From Octopus bimaculoides (taxonomy: Eukaryota), in the NCBI RefSeq assembly GCF_001194135.2, contig NC_069006.1, positions 17,711,313-17,775,312 on the forward strand: 64,000 nt of DNA, read 5' to 3'. The notes beneath the pieces are model-generated. The model ran no database searches, had not been told where the DNA came from, and saw only the letters and a list, made by a program, of their open reading frames with translations. Below are positions 1-12,109 of this stretch, piece after piece. A program made the position numbers and the translations under genes. Numbering within the stretch: the stretch's first letter is position 1; each line of letters opens with the position of its first letter.

Positions 1-261
1 AAAAAAAAAAAAAAAAAAAAAAAAAAGAGTACAAGGGTCAATTTGTTAGGCTAAAACTCTTCAATGCATGGTCTCAGTTCAGTAAGTGAACCAAGTAGAA
101 GATAAAAGATATAATCGCTCAACTATGGAAGGAGTTTAGTCGGGGAAGGTGTCACTGGAACTAACTGCTCTCTTTCTCCAATGTTTATGGAGAAAATAAT
201 AAAAAAAAAAGTTCAAAAAGCACCATTGTTTGGAATCTGAGACTATTCTGCATTACTGCAC

Positions 262-820
262 AGTGGTGGTGGTGATGATGATGATGGTAGTAATGGTGAT
301 GGTGGTGATGATGGTAGTGATGGTGATGATGATGGTAGTGGTGGTGATGGTGGTGATGATGGTAGTGGTGGTGATGGTGGTGATGATGATGATGGTAGTG
401 GTGGTGATGGTGGTGGTGATGGTGGTGCTGATAGTGGTGGTGATGATGATGACGGTAGTGATTTTGGTGGTTGTAAATAGTGTAGGTGTTCTGGTGGTGG
501 TGGTGTTAATCATAATGGTGCTGATGTTGATGTTGGCAGGAATGTTGTTGAATGGTGATGGTGGTGTTGGTATTGTTGAAGATGGTAGTTATGGTAATTG
601 TGTTGCTGCTGTTTTGTTGAGGATGGTGTGGTGGTGGTGGTGGTGGTGGTGGTGTCTGTAGTGGTATTGACGTCGGCGGTGGTGCTGGCGACGACGACGA
701 TGATGGTGTTGTCAGCGGTGGTTTTCTTGGCAGTGGTAATTTGTGGTATTGTTAGTAGTGGTGGTGGTGATGTCATTGATGGTGGTAATGGTGGTGGTGG
801 TGGTGGTGGCGGTGGACTGT
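262..820. repeat. (GTG/GAT)n trinucleotide low-complexity tract
   Basis: Direct reading of GTG/ATG triplets; produces the spurious poly-V/M and poly-T/I ORFs. Confidence 0.95.
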
Positions 821-1790
821 AGCTGGGCATGAAAGCACAAACTATCCACCACCTCCTCTCTTTTCACAATTGTTATTGCTTTGTTAGCTAACAGCTGTNN
901 NNNNNNNNNNNNNNNNNNNNNNNNNNNNNNNNNNNNNNNNNNNNNNNNNNNNNNNNNNNNNNNNNNNNNNNNNNNNNNNNNNNNNNNNNNNNNNNNNNNN
1001 NNNNNNNNNNNNNNNNNNNNNNNNNNNNNNNNNNNNNCCCCACCTCTCTCTTTTCCATTTTTTTCACTAACCTTTCAAGCACCAATTCTTTCCTCCAGCC
1101 CACTGTGTGCATATCATCTCTGTTTGAACTTTGTATCAGCACAGCTACAGCTGTGTGTAGGGTTATCTCATCAATAGTATCTCTGGAGAGCCATGAGTAG
1201 TAGTAGTAGTAGTAGGAGCAGCAGCAGCAGTGATAGTAGTAGTAGTAGCAGTAGTAGTGCATTGCTTTTTTTCTTTTCCATACACAACTGACCTAAACTT
1301 CAATGGTTGTGTGTGTGTGTGTGTGTATATGTGTCGGTGTACGTGTGATGAGATATACTATGCAAGACAATAAGAGTGGTATTAGCATAGCATATTTAAA
1401 GTGCTCAAAATCTGACGCCATCACACTTGGTCCATGCTGAGAACATTACTAGCAACTGTTGACGACTAACAAGGTTGAATTCCCAGGCTTGTACTAAGCA
1501 TTTTGAACGAGCAAGATGCTGTTGTTTAACTCTAGTTCAAGGCTGATCAAGCAGGTCTGTGATCAGATGTTTTAGTTGCACCCATTCTGTCTTTCTATAG
1601 CTATCTAAGACTACGTTATTTAATGGTGTCCATACAGCTTTTTTGTTTTTAAAGAAAGTGCTTTGTGTGATTGTGAAAGATTTGGCTGCTATTTCTAACT
1701 GTTTGAATGACACATAGAAACCTTCTTGTCTTATTTGTGTAGGGTTTATCATTGTCACCATCATCATCATCTCCATCATCAATGATTTTG

Positions 1791-2084
1791 TCTTTTATCT
1801 CTTACTTGTTTCAGTCATTAGGCTGTGGCCATGCTGGGACATCACCTAGTATTTTAGCTGAATGAATTCACCCCAGTAACATTTTTTTTAAAGCCTGGTG
1901 CTTATTTTATTGGTCTCATTTCTCCAAACGCTAAGTTACAGACACATAAACACACCAACACTTGTTGTCAAGCAGTGGTGGGGGACAAACACATACACAT
2001 ATAGAAAGGGCTTCTTTCAGTTTCTATCTACCAAATCCACTCACAAGGCTATATTAGAAGGCACCCAATGGTCACACGGTGAGG
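1791..2084 (-). mobile_element. SINE family A, degenerate copy
   Basis: Matches the reverse complement of the near-intact copies at 12110 and 55958 (ttacttgtttcagtcatt...ccatgctgg; ctaccaaatccactcacaaggct). Confidence 0.85.
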
Positions 2085-2303
2085 TTGTATCTGAAACATA
2101 TTTGTATAAGTAATAATAATAAATTCCAAGCAGCTTGCAGGAATATTGTAATATAGCAGTGCCCCAGTATGACCATAGGGAAAGAGAGTATACTGGTAAG
2201 TTTTGAGAAATATATGATGGGTTGTAGTCTATCAATGCTCACACATAAGTGTGTATTTTGAAATCTTCTTAACTACATGTAATAGAAAATTTTCAACTAT
2301 ATT

Positions 2304-2535
2304 TTAACTCTCTAGCATTCAGATTACTTTGTCTAATGTAGCACTTATTTATTCATATTGTTTTGAATTAATTATTCATTCTCATAGTTTTGAGATCATG
2401 ACAATGTGATGTGATTGTTTATCTTTTGAATGGCATTGTAGGGTGGGTGTGAGAGACTGGATCTGGTGAGTTTGAGCAGAAAACAGTTAGAATATTTGGA
2501 TCGGATGTGGTGGGTTTAAATGTTAAAATGTTTAA
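2304..2535 (+). mobile_element. TTAA-flanked MITE family G (piggyBac-like ends)
   Basis: Begins ttaactctctagcatt and ends aatgttaaaatgtttaa; homologous to copies at 14554, 30706 and 62421. Confidence 0.7.
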
Positions 2536-2784
2536 AAGTTATGTCAAAAGCTCGTTCCTGTAATAATTGAGCAGAAAATACCTAAATATGAGTTTGTTTA
2601 TTCAAATGCTTATAATGTTTTTATCTGAGGTCAGGTTATTGTGAAAATTGGCAGTATTACAGAAAAAGACTTCTTTTTAATCTAATTAGCCATTTGTGCT
2701 GAAAACAAGGTTGTGCATGTGTAGTTGTTAATTAATTACTTAACAATGACTTTAAAAAAACACACATTAAAAAAAAAATGAACT

Positions 2785-2935
2785 AGGTGTAGGTGTGGGC
2801 TGTATGTTAAAAAGATTGCTTTCAAGTTACATGGTTCTAGGTTCAATCTCACTGCATGGTACTTTACACAGGTGTCTTCAACAACAGCCTTAAGCCAACC
2901 AAAGCCTTGTGGGTAGATATAGTAGGCAGAAACTC
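2785..2935 (+). mobile_element. SINE A-type tRNA-derived head fragment
   Basis: aggtgtaggtgtgggctgt...ggttcaatctcactgcatgg...ccaaccaaagccttgtg matches the family A head. Confidence 0.75.
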
Positions 2936-2939
2936 TGAC

Positions 2940-3270
2940 ACTAAAATGGCCCAGGGTCACCCACTGATGTAGGCGATAAAACTCCCACACAACAGCCTGA
3001 GCTTTGTTGAGTCAGTTGCAACTCTGGGCCATATGTTTCTACTATCCTGTTTGCCCTCCCCTTGGAGCCAGATGTAATAGCTTGCTTTCTCAGAGCAGTT
3101 TTCTAGTAACATCTTTTGTCTCCTTCACACTTAGTCTAAAATTCCTTAACACTGAATGAACCCTGGTTCCAACAAATCCTCTGACACTTATCCCTGCAGG
3201 AAGGCATATTCCCTCCCATCCATTACTTTCTCAGAGGCCAACCAACTCAGTGTAAATGAAGGTGACATGA
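2940..3270 (-). mobile_element. HERO-like (R2-group, restriction-like endonuclease) non-LTR retrotransposon 3' remnant
   Basis: Manual minus-strand translation with frameshifts: YTELVASEK..GWEGICLPAGISVRGFVGTRVHSVLRNFRLSVKETKDVTRKLL..SEKASYYIWLQ. This resembles the KY.EL...GW...P.EVGCRGF...AEKAS.WIW C-terminus of HERO elements and is homologous to 45030-45430. Confidence 0.65.
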
Positions 3271-3831
3271 TTTGTGTGGTTTGGTTTCCTGTGGTATAGA
3301 ACTAACAGGCAGATGCAATGTTGCATAGATTCATAGCATACAGGATAGTCCAGAATTAGTCTAGTAAAAGATCTGTTGAACTGTACTTGTTTCACTTAAG
3401 CCTCACCCTGTTAATCCAATGTACTACATATGGGTGAAGTCCTCATTAGTTATCCAGATAACTCAATCCAGGGCAATTTTATTTCAGTTTTGGAAGGCTA
3501 AGGAGGGCCAAAATCATATCTAATAATCCTGGTGGCAATAATGGCAGTTAATTGCATGTCTCTAGCGATATAAACACGAGTGCTTATATGCACCAAAAGC
3601 CCATACAAGAGGTCCTCTCATGGTAATTATGACAGTATTTTGTGTTCTAACACAACATCCACTTTTAAGTGGGAATAAATATCACCTTTTATTATTAATA
3701 CTACTTCTGTCACTATTAATCTATGTTTCAGTTTTATATATTTTAAAATTGTATTTCTTCTGCTTTTGTCTGACAATGATATTTTTAGTGTATTTCATTG
3801 AATTATAATTTCTTTTTTCTTTATTTTACAG

Positions 3832-3986
3832 GTAAGTATGAAAATGAAACCAGGCTCCACAAATTCTTGTTGGATTTCTTTCTTTGAAACTTGGATATTT
3901 TACATCCTGGAGGAGATTACCTGTTATTACAACAATTTACTTGCTGCTTATCGGGAAATTTACCTGACTGGTTGGCTATTGTACAG
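3832..3986 (+). other. Candidate exon (155 bp) of an unidentified host gene, or a recursive-splicing exon
   Basis: Acceptor tttcttttttctttattttacAG ends at 3831; donor CAG|GTTTGG at 3987. One frame is open (VSMKMKPGSTNSCWISFFETWIFYILEEITCYYNNLLAAYREIYLTGWLLY) but I do not recognise the product. Confidence 0.4.
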
Positions 3987-4503
3987 GTTTGGCTGACATA
4001 TCTTTTCTATCTCTTTGGTTTCTCAATTGACTTCACTTTTGAAGGTCAAATGGCAGAACAACAATTTGCTTATTTAAAGTTAAGTTTTTTTGTTGCTTTT
4101 TTTATATTATTCCCCATCCTCTGGTGTTGTGTGTTTCAATTCAAATCTGAAAAATCATTTTCTTTATTTTAAAAAAAGAAGAAAGAAAGAAAGAGAAAAT
4201 GGAACAAAAAAAAAAACAAAAAAACTGATGTATTCTCGTAAGGCAGACATCTCGTGTATATAGCTTGTCTCTTTAGTGTTCATGTCATCCATCTCAGTTT
4301 GGATTTAATCAATTGCCATTAATTCGTTCTCATCATGTCAAGTTAGTTTTTCAACATTTTGAAAGTATGTACTGACATGCAATACATAGCTTTACCGTTT
4401 CACAGTCCTATAGAGCCAAGCTTATATATTTATATTTGTCAGAACTTACAGATGCTACTGAAGACAAGAATACTTGAGTAGGGATCCAACCAGCTTCATT
4501 ATA

Positions 4504-4657
4504 GTCATCATCATAATCATCATCATCATCATCATCATCTAATGTCCTTCATCCATGCTGGCATGGGTTGGATGATTTGACAGGAGCTGGCAAGCCAGAG
4601 GACTGCACCAAGCTCCACTATCTGTTTTGGCATGATTTTTACTGCTGGGCGTTCTCT
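4504..4657 (-). mobile_element. SINE family E 3' part with (ATG)n tail
   Basis: catcatcatc...ccatgctggcatgggttggatgatttgacagg; same family as 10005 and 11262. Confidence 0.8.
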
Positions 4658-4990
4658 AATGAGAGGAGACAGCATGGCTGTGAACCCAACCAGTCAGTCA
4701 AGTGGCTCTTTTCCCAATGGTGTCTAAGAGGTTTGTCTATGCAGTAGCAGCAGTAGTGCTGTTCCAGATGTAGGAACAATATTCCACTGTTGGCCTCACT
4801 TCAACTTTATAGTGTCGACTGCTGCAGGATGAAGTATCTTCCAGCTGCTGAAGGAAAGGGGGACAGTTATTGGGAAACAGTGTTAACTGTATTCAAAATG
4901 TGCCTTTACCGGGAGAGGTTGTTTGGTGATAGTGTAAGGCTCACTTTTGGAGTAATTGTGAGGGCACTAGTTACCTGCTGCTCATGACTA
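4640..4990 (-). mobile_element. CR1/Jockey-type LINE reverse transcriptase C-terminal remnant (pseudogenised)
   Basis: Minus-strand translation ..HILNTVNTVSQ*L..RYF..YKVEVRPTVEYCSYIWNS..TNLLDTIGKRAT*LTG resembles the LYKA.VRP.LEYCS.IW...LD.IQKRA.RL motif; contains stops and a frameshift. Confidence 0.7.
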
Positions 4991-5508
4991 AGCGGGCGTG
5001 GTATGTGATATGATGATGTTTTTTTGATGTGGGTTGATAAGGAGTGAGTTTACAACCCAGGAAATGAAGACCCAGCAGAAGCAGAAGGGGGCGGGGGTTC
5101 AGATTAATGTTGTTAATGTTGTAGACGCTTGATTATGATGCTATATAATGGAATTGAACTTAAAAACCCCAGAAACACATGATTGCAAAGGGATTTTTAT
5201 AACCATCCAGTCATGTCTGCTTCTGTGTTTATTTCACATGACCCCAGAACCCAAAATGTTATCCTCCGCCCCCTGCCAACCACTTCTGCATGTTCACCAA
5301 GAGTTTAATTCCGAGTGTTTATTGACAAAAGAAACAAAATACTATTTTTATTTAGTTTCTACTGCCACGATGAGTGGTTCGGAGTTGGTGTCGATAAATG
5401 TCTTACAAACAGTTATTTAACCCTGAACATTCTTGCTTGGCGTCATCATTGATGTTTTCTGAAAGGTTAGCGTTCGCTTGTGTTGGTTAGGTTTAGTGGT
5501 GTGTGTAT

Positions 5509-5544
<36 letters not shown>

Positions 5545-6117
5545 CTCCTCTATAGCACTGTTTTGTGTTGTTTAGGTACAATGCATGTGTGTGTGTGTGT
5601 GTTTATGGCACTTCTAATGATTCAATTGTGTTGGTTAGGTGCATTACATGTATATAGGTAAGTGCATGCATGAATGAGTGTGTGAGGAAGAGTGAGAGAG
5701 AACGAGTGAGTTTGTGTGTGTGTGTGTGTGTGTGTAGCTGCTATCTACTATCTCTGATCTTGTACTCTGGTTTACAGTGTTACAGAGTGTATCAGCAATA
5801 CCTGAAGAAATGTTCTTTCTTATTATTACATTTGGCATTTGTTTTTTTATTTGTTGTAGGTTGTAGTTGTTGTTTTTCAAATGTTCTCTCTATTTCTTTC
5901 CTTTCCTTTTTTTTTTCCTTTTCTTTTCTTTTTTTTTTCTTTCATCCTTTCTGAGATTGTTCTTTAGATGTGTTCAGTACATTTCATGGCACATAACAGA
6001 ACAACTGCAACAAGCAGACCTTTGGAATCTGTGGTTTTCAACACTGGCACCAGCTGTCATCTTTAGAAATATATTTATTTATGTATGTGTTTATATATAT
6101 ATATGTGTGTGTGTCTA

Positions 6118-6180
<63 letters not shown>

Positions 6181-6463
6181 ATTACTGTGCTGTGTTACGT
6201 TGTTGTGTGTTTATATTATGCACAAGGCTATAAAATCTGACAAACATGCACACACACAAAACTTTTGTACACATGCACACACATTTACAATGAAGCAAAC
6301 ATTTAATTTTTCAATATGCTTCTGAACAACCACACACCCATATATGTGCACCCATGCATGACTATACCTACCCTAATATAAATTAATCTGTACATATACT
6401 CTCACTCTCTCTCACACACATCCTCTTTCTATATAAATATATATATATATATATGTGTGTGTG

Positions 6464-6511
<48 letters not shown>

Positions 6512-7389
6512 TATGTATAACTCCACATGCAGTTGCACAAATATACTCATATACTCACACATCCACAGACACATTCGCTAACACCTATCTCCGTTTAATA
6601 TGAGAAAAATACAATAGTTATGTATTTCTTATTAAACTTATGGGTGTGTGGCTCTGAAGGCAAATGCTGTATTTACTTCTCATTTCCACAGCTAAAACTG
6701 GGGCCCTATAAGAGATCCGTTGGCTGACTGCACTTGGATCTTTAGCACCTTACTAGGTGGTCCCTCACCGCACGTTGTGCTATGGTGTTTTAACATGAGA
6801 AAAGAAATTCTGTTGTAAGACCATCTGTTTTTGAAACCTACAAACCTATCCAACCCCCATACCAGTGCATGGTATCATGTGTGTATGATGAGAAAGTGAC
6901 ATATGTTTAGATCTTCCTCTTGTGAATCTTATCATTTGGTGTTATATTAGCCAAACATATCTTTTACATTAAGAATGGTAAGCTGGCTGATGGAGATCTT
7001 GAATCATAAATGTGGGAATGAAGTATGCTTAGTGGGTGGAAACCCAAGTCCAAACTTATTTTATAAACAAGGTCAATTTTTTTCAGTCTTAATATCAAAA
7101 CAGATACAGGTATAATAATGATAATGATAATAATAATAATAATTATTATTATTATATTTGTACACCAATGAAATTAGATAAATCCAATAAGGCAAAAGTA
7201 ATGTTTCTAATCAGCCCCAAAATGTTTCTATGCTCATTCATTTTGGCAATGGAAGTTTTTCCTGAGTATGTTTAAATCATTTTCATTGCCCTACAAAAAA
7301 TTTTAGGAAGTGTGCCTGCACTCCCTGTTTCTGAGTCTCTGTCTTGGATTACACATGTACAAATCTATTTTTGTAAAATCAAAACTCAC

Positions 7390-7432
<43 letters not shown>

Positions 7433-7647
7433 ATAATATCCATAGTCTCAGTTGGTCAAGCTTGGGTGTCCAGCTGAAAAATTTAATGATGATTGCTTCT
7501 GATTGGACCCGACGGAGGGGGTGCCTAAGGTCTCTGCCCACTATTCCTGAGGGGGTTCTGAGGGTAGAGAAGCTGGATGGTTATGTAAAACATATGTCCT
7601 TCCTTGTCTTGACGTAGCGTATGAACAAAAGCTATTACCATCATATA

Positions 7648-7854
7648 AAGGTGAGCTGGCAGAATTGTTAGCATGCCAGGCAAAATGCTTAGTGGCATTT
7701 TGTCTGTCTTTACATTCTGAGTTCAATTTCCACCAAGGTTGACTCTGCTTTTTATCCTTTCGGGATCAACAAAATAAGTACCAGTTGATGTCTGGAGTTG
7801 ATTTGACTTACTCACTTCTCCAAACCTACTGTCCTTGTGCCAAAACTTGAAACC
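7648..7854 (+). mobile_element. SINE family B
   Basis: Head aaggtgagctggcagaattgttagc, B-box-like gagttcaatttcc, central gactctgcttttatcctttcggg...aagtaccag, tail ccttgtgccaaaacttgaaacc. Confidence 0.85.
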
Positions 7855-8764
7855 ACCATATAAACTGTGTTGTTTCTTTACAATCTTTTGCCCCTTAAAA
7901 ATGTCCACACTAGGGTTGTTGACAGGAAGAGCATCAGACCATAGAAAATCTACCTGAAGAAATTTTCATCTGACCCAAGCTTCCATGCAAAACAAGACAT
8001 TAAAACAATGATGATGACAATGCTATACTGACACATCTTCATACATACATACATACATACATATGTATAGAATATTATATACATAACTTAGCACATATGC
8101 ACACACATACAGACATACATACACATATATGTATTTTCTTTGAAGAATCTTAGTTCATTTTTTTATGTATGTACATCTCCCTACATTCTCAAGTGGATAT
8201 ATACTTTTATATATATATACACACACATGCACATACATACTGTGTATATACATACACAGTGTATAGAGTAAAAAAAGAATCTACACACACACACACAGAG
8301 TTAAAATCTATAATGGAATCTATATTGTATTTTTCTTCTACTTTTCTGTATTTGCTTTCTTTAACAGTTGCAGTCTTTTAGAAAGTTCCACAGTCTTTCG
8401 GAATACATTTTGCAATGTTTATCATTGATACGCTTTTATAAAACAGTATTGTAAATGTCTAATGGTTTGGGAATTGATTGCAGGCTTTCCATTATAGATT
8501 CTTACTGTTTGCTGTGTTTTATCTGCAGGAACCAATGTCTGTCTGTCTGATAGAGAAGGTAGCATTAGTCGTTGTTGTTGTTTAACCCCAGGTCAGCCTT
8601 GGTTTAGCAGACATATGATCATAGCCATTCCATCCATATTCATCTTGTTTTATTGTTAGGTGGCATAATGCATCTAAGACTTCATTATTCAATGTATTAC
8701 TTTTTTAAAAAAACAAAAAGAAAAATACGACAGCTATGGATAGTTTGAAAATGATACGACTGCA

Positions 8765-9385
8765 TAGAGCATGAATCTCAACAGGGGGCCCTATGACCCT
8801 TAGGGTTCCCCATATAAGACATTTTTTTGGTTAAAATTTATGTGCAACAAACTGGTTATATGTCTTCAATACACCAAATACTCCTTTACTTCCTTTGTTC
8901 CTTTACTTGTTTCAGTCATTTAACTGCGGCCATGCTGGAGCACCGCCTTTAGTCGAATCAAATCGACCCCAGGACTTATTCTTTGTAAGCCTACTACTTA
9001 TTCTATCGGTCTCTTTTTGCCGAACCGCTAAGTTACGGGGACCTAAACACACCAGCATCGGTTGTCAAGCGATGTTGGGGGGACAAACATATACATACAC
9101 ACATATGTATACATATATACAACGTTTGGTCGGCCCGAGGCTATAGTAGAAGACACTTGCCCAAGGTGCCACACAGTGGGACTGAACCAGGAACCATGTG
9201 GTTGGTAAGCAAGCTACTTACCACACAGCCACTCCTGTGCCTATATATCTTAATCTTTTTTTTTTAATGCAATTCCTAATATTTTAATTCTAAAAATATA
9301 ATGGCATTTTTTTAAACATCAAATGGCTACGAGGGCCCACCTGAGTAAAACGGGAATCAAAGGGGTCCATAGAACCTCTGCCATT
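8765..9385. mobile_element. Probable hAT-Charlie-type MITE split by a SINE A insertion
   Basis: Left part tctcaacagggggccctatg and right part ggggtccatagaacctctg flank the SINE at 8881-9242; the ends are degenerate. Confidence 0.45.
8881..9242 (-). mobile_element. SINE family A, near full length
   Basis: Close match to the reverse complement of 12110-12495 and 55958-56358, including A- and B-box-like motifs. Confidence 0.95.
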
Positions 9386-9574
9386 GAGTCTTTACTGTTT
9401 GGTTCTAATAATTGTTTTAGGCACTGTTTCATCCCAATTTTCTTTTTGGAACAGTGTATCTTTGAGTACATTGTGTAATGTGTCCTTCCACTTTTTAAGG
9501 CAGAAGGTTTTGGTTTGAGGAGTCCTTGGAGGCTGCTGCTTTCTAAATCATGTGGTTGGGAAGCAAGCTTCTTA

Positions 9575-9858
9575 TTTCTTTATTGCCCACAAGGGGCTAA
9601 ACATAGAGGGGGACAAACAAGGACAGACAAAGAGATTAAGTCGATTATATCGACCCCAGTGCGTAACAGGTAGTCAATTTATCGACCCTGAAAGGATGAA
9701 AGGCAAAGTTGACCTCGGCGGAATTTGAACTCAGAACGTAACGGCAGACGGAATACCGATAAGCATTTCGCTCGGCGTGCTAATGATTCTGCCATCTCAC
9801 CGCCTCACTGCCATCTCACCGCCTCACTGCCATCTCACCGCCTCACTGCCATCTCACC
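9575..9858 (-). mobile_element. SINE subfamily B' inserted into an A-type head, 17-bp TSD
   Basis: TSD gggaagcaagcttctta at 9558-9574 and 9859-9875; B body plus the distinct tail ttagccccttgtgggcaataaagaaa. Confidence 0.9.
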
Positions 9859-10004
9859 GGGAAGCAAGCTTCTTACTACACAACCACATCTGCACCAACT
9901 TTGTAAACTTGTCCTTCGCCTGGTCGAAGAAGGAAGAATACAGTTGCAAGCTTTATTTTGTCCTTTCATTAATAAACCCGAAGAGTGTATGTGTAAGATG
10001 ATGA

Positions 10005-10153
10005 ATTTGGCGTTAGGAAGGGCATCCAGCTGTAGAAACTCTGCCAAATTAGATTGGAGCCTGGTGTTGCCATCCGGTTTCACCAGTCCTCAGTCAAATC
10101 GTCCAACCCATGCTAGCATGGAAAGCGGACGTTAAACGATGATGATGATGATG
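10005..10153 (+). mobile_element. SINE family E, 5'-truncated, with (GAT)n tail
   Basis: ggcgttaggaagggcatccagctgtagaaac...acccatgctagcatggaaagcggacgttaaacgatgatgatg. Confidence 0.9.
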
Positions 10154-10358
10154 ATATATATATATATAAATATATTATAAATTAACTACCAACGGAATGT
10201 ATTTTTTCTGATGTTATATTTATTCCTGAATGATGTGTAAAGAAATTTTGATTTAAGTCTCTTAATGAATTCTTTATACTGAAATATATATTGAAGAAGA
10301 TAAATATGTTCATTTGAATTTATACGTTTTTGCGTTGTAACTCCTTTATTATTATATA

Positions 10359-10408
<50 letters not shown>

Positions 10409-10842
10409 CAGAGGGCCTTGCATGTGTTGCTATGACAACTGCTGGTTTGCTATAACAGTCGGTACATGAAGCTCATAGAAATGGCCACTGATTTCAGTAC
10501 AAACCATTGCTAATACTACTTTAGTACTTAAGTTGATCTCATGTAATCTTGTATTAGACTTTGACTCATCAAGTCTCAGCTAATATCCACACACATATGT
10601 TTGCACATGAATTTATCACTGTAAAATGTTGATTAATGACAAGCATCATTGTCATATCAGGATTTTTTCTCTCTCTCTGCTGGCATGGCATGAGATTTCT
10701 TGAGTGGTTGTTGGTTAATTTACAACATGATGACCTTTCTTGCTTCGAAGCAAGATACTTTATTCATCAGACTACCAGCCAGATTGTCCTGACTTTTTGT
10801 TTATGTGGGACAGAAACATCACCAAACACATCTTTTATCTGT

Positions 10843-11164
10843 TATTTATTTTAGTTAGTCATTGGACTGCGGCCATGCTGGAGCACTACCTTGCAGAACT
10901 CTTAGTCGAATGAATTGACTCCTGAACTCTTTTGCCGAACTGCTAAGTTACACAGATGTAAACACACTAAACCCTGGTTTTCAAGCAGTGGTGGGGGACA
11001 GACACACACACACACCTTTCAGTTTTTGTCTACCAAATCTACACACAAGGTTTTGGTCAGCCCAAAGCTATAGTAGAAGATGCTTGCCCAAGTTACTTTT
11101 CAGTGGGACTGAACCTGGAACCATGTGGTTGGGAAGCAAGCTTCTTACCACACAGTCACACTTG

Positions 11165-11168
<4 letters not shown>
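10843..11168 (-). mobile_element. SINE family A
   Basis: Head and tail homologous to other A copies. Confidence 0.9.
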
Positions 11169-11203
<35 letters not shown>

Positions 11204-11261
11204 GTGCAGGCATATATATATTAGCTGTAGTTGTACAAATAACAATTTGTTGGAGCTCAGT

Positions 11262-11517
11262 CATCATCATAATTTAACGTCTGCTTTCCATGCTAGCATG
11301 GGTTGGACGATTTGACTGGGGACTGGCGAACCAGATGGCTACACCAAACCCCAATCTGATCTGGCACCGTTTCTACAGCTGGATGCCCTTCCTATTGCCA
11401 ACCAATCCAAAAGTGTAGTGGGTGCTTTTTACGTGCTACCGGCACGAGGGCCAGTCCGGCAGTACTGGCAACGGCCACGCTCAAATGGTGTTTTTTTATG
11501 TGCCACCTGCACAGGAG
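11262..11517 (-). mobile_element. SINE family E
   Basis: Reverse-complement match to 10005-10153, extended by the cacgagggccagtcc...ggccacgctcaaatgg segment. Confidence 0.9.
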
Positions 11518-11679
11518 TATATTTATATTTTCCGTTATTCATAAGGTCCAGTGGCAAGGAGATATGACTTGTCTTCATCTCTTGTATGATCCAACAGGTT
11601 AGTACCGAGAATAGTATTAATGATGAATGACAAAATACCAGGAGTTCTGTAATCACTTCCATTTAACTTGTAGTTGTTT

Positions 11680-11956
11680 CTGCTTTAAGGAATCGCATGT
11701 ATATACATATATGGGCATGTGATGCATCTGGTGAATAACGGATTATTAAAGCCGTGTCAAGATAGCTTAAGTAGAAGGAGAAGACCAACAAAAGACAGAG
11801 TGAGGTGTTAAGATCTGATCTGAACATGTTAAACCTCACAAGAGAGATAGCAAAAAAAAAATGAAAAATGCAGCAAACAGTTAGGCTCTGTGTTGGACCT
11901 ATCCCACATGCAAGCATTAAAAAAATGGACACGTAGATGATGATGATGATGATGAT
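11680..11956 (+). mobile_element. RTE-type LINE 3' end remnant
   Basis: Translation YGHVMHL..RRRP..EVLRSDLNMLNLTREIA resembles the RTE C-terminus (W.GHV.R..RGRP.K.W..V..DL). It ends cccacatgcaagcat..tggacacgtagatgatgatg. Confidence 0.7.
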
Positions 11957-12109
11957 AACAACTCCATGTGTGCATGCATGTTTGTGACTTCATTGGTGTT
12001 AGTCTTGAGGGAGTCTCTTATTTGTAATTTCTTTATCAAAGTTGGTTGATGGCAGATTTGGTGGTGGCAATGCTGACAGAGTAGAAGATGAGACTTTTTT
12101 TTTTTTTTG

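Noticed and set aside
1-27. Poly-A as a retrocopy tail
   Set aside because: Truncated by the window edge and followed by a degenerate SINE A tail; the context cannot be seen.
230-830. Poly-V/M, poly-T/I and poly-P ORFs
   Set aside because: Translations of trinucleotide repeats, open on both strands; the same applies to the HT/YI/CV/SL-rich ORFs throughout the window.
3832-3986. In-frame TGA (DFFL*NLDILHPGG) as selenocysteine or readthrough
   Set aside because: No recognisable selenoprotein motif or SECIS element; another frame is open.
5650-5670. ataG|GTAAGT as a second recursive site
   Set aside because: No polypyrimidine tract upstream.
7440-7600. Possible RTE remnant on minus
   Set aside because: Only scattered residues match across several frames.
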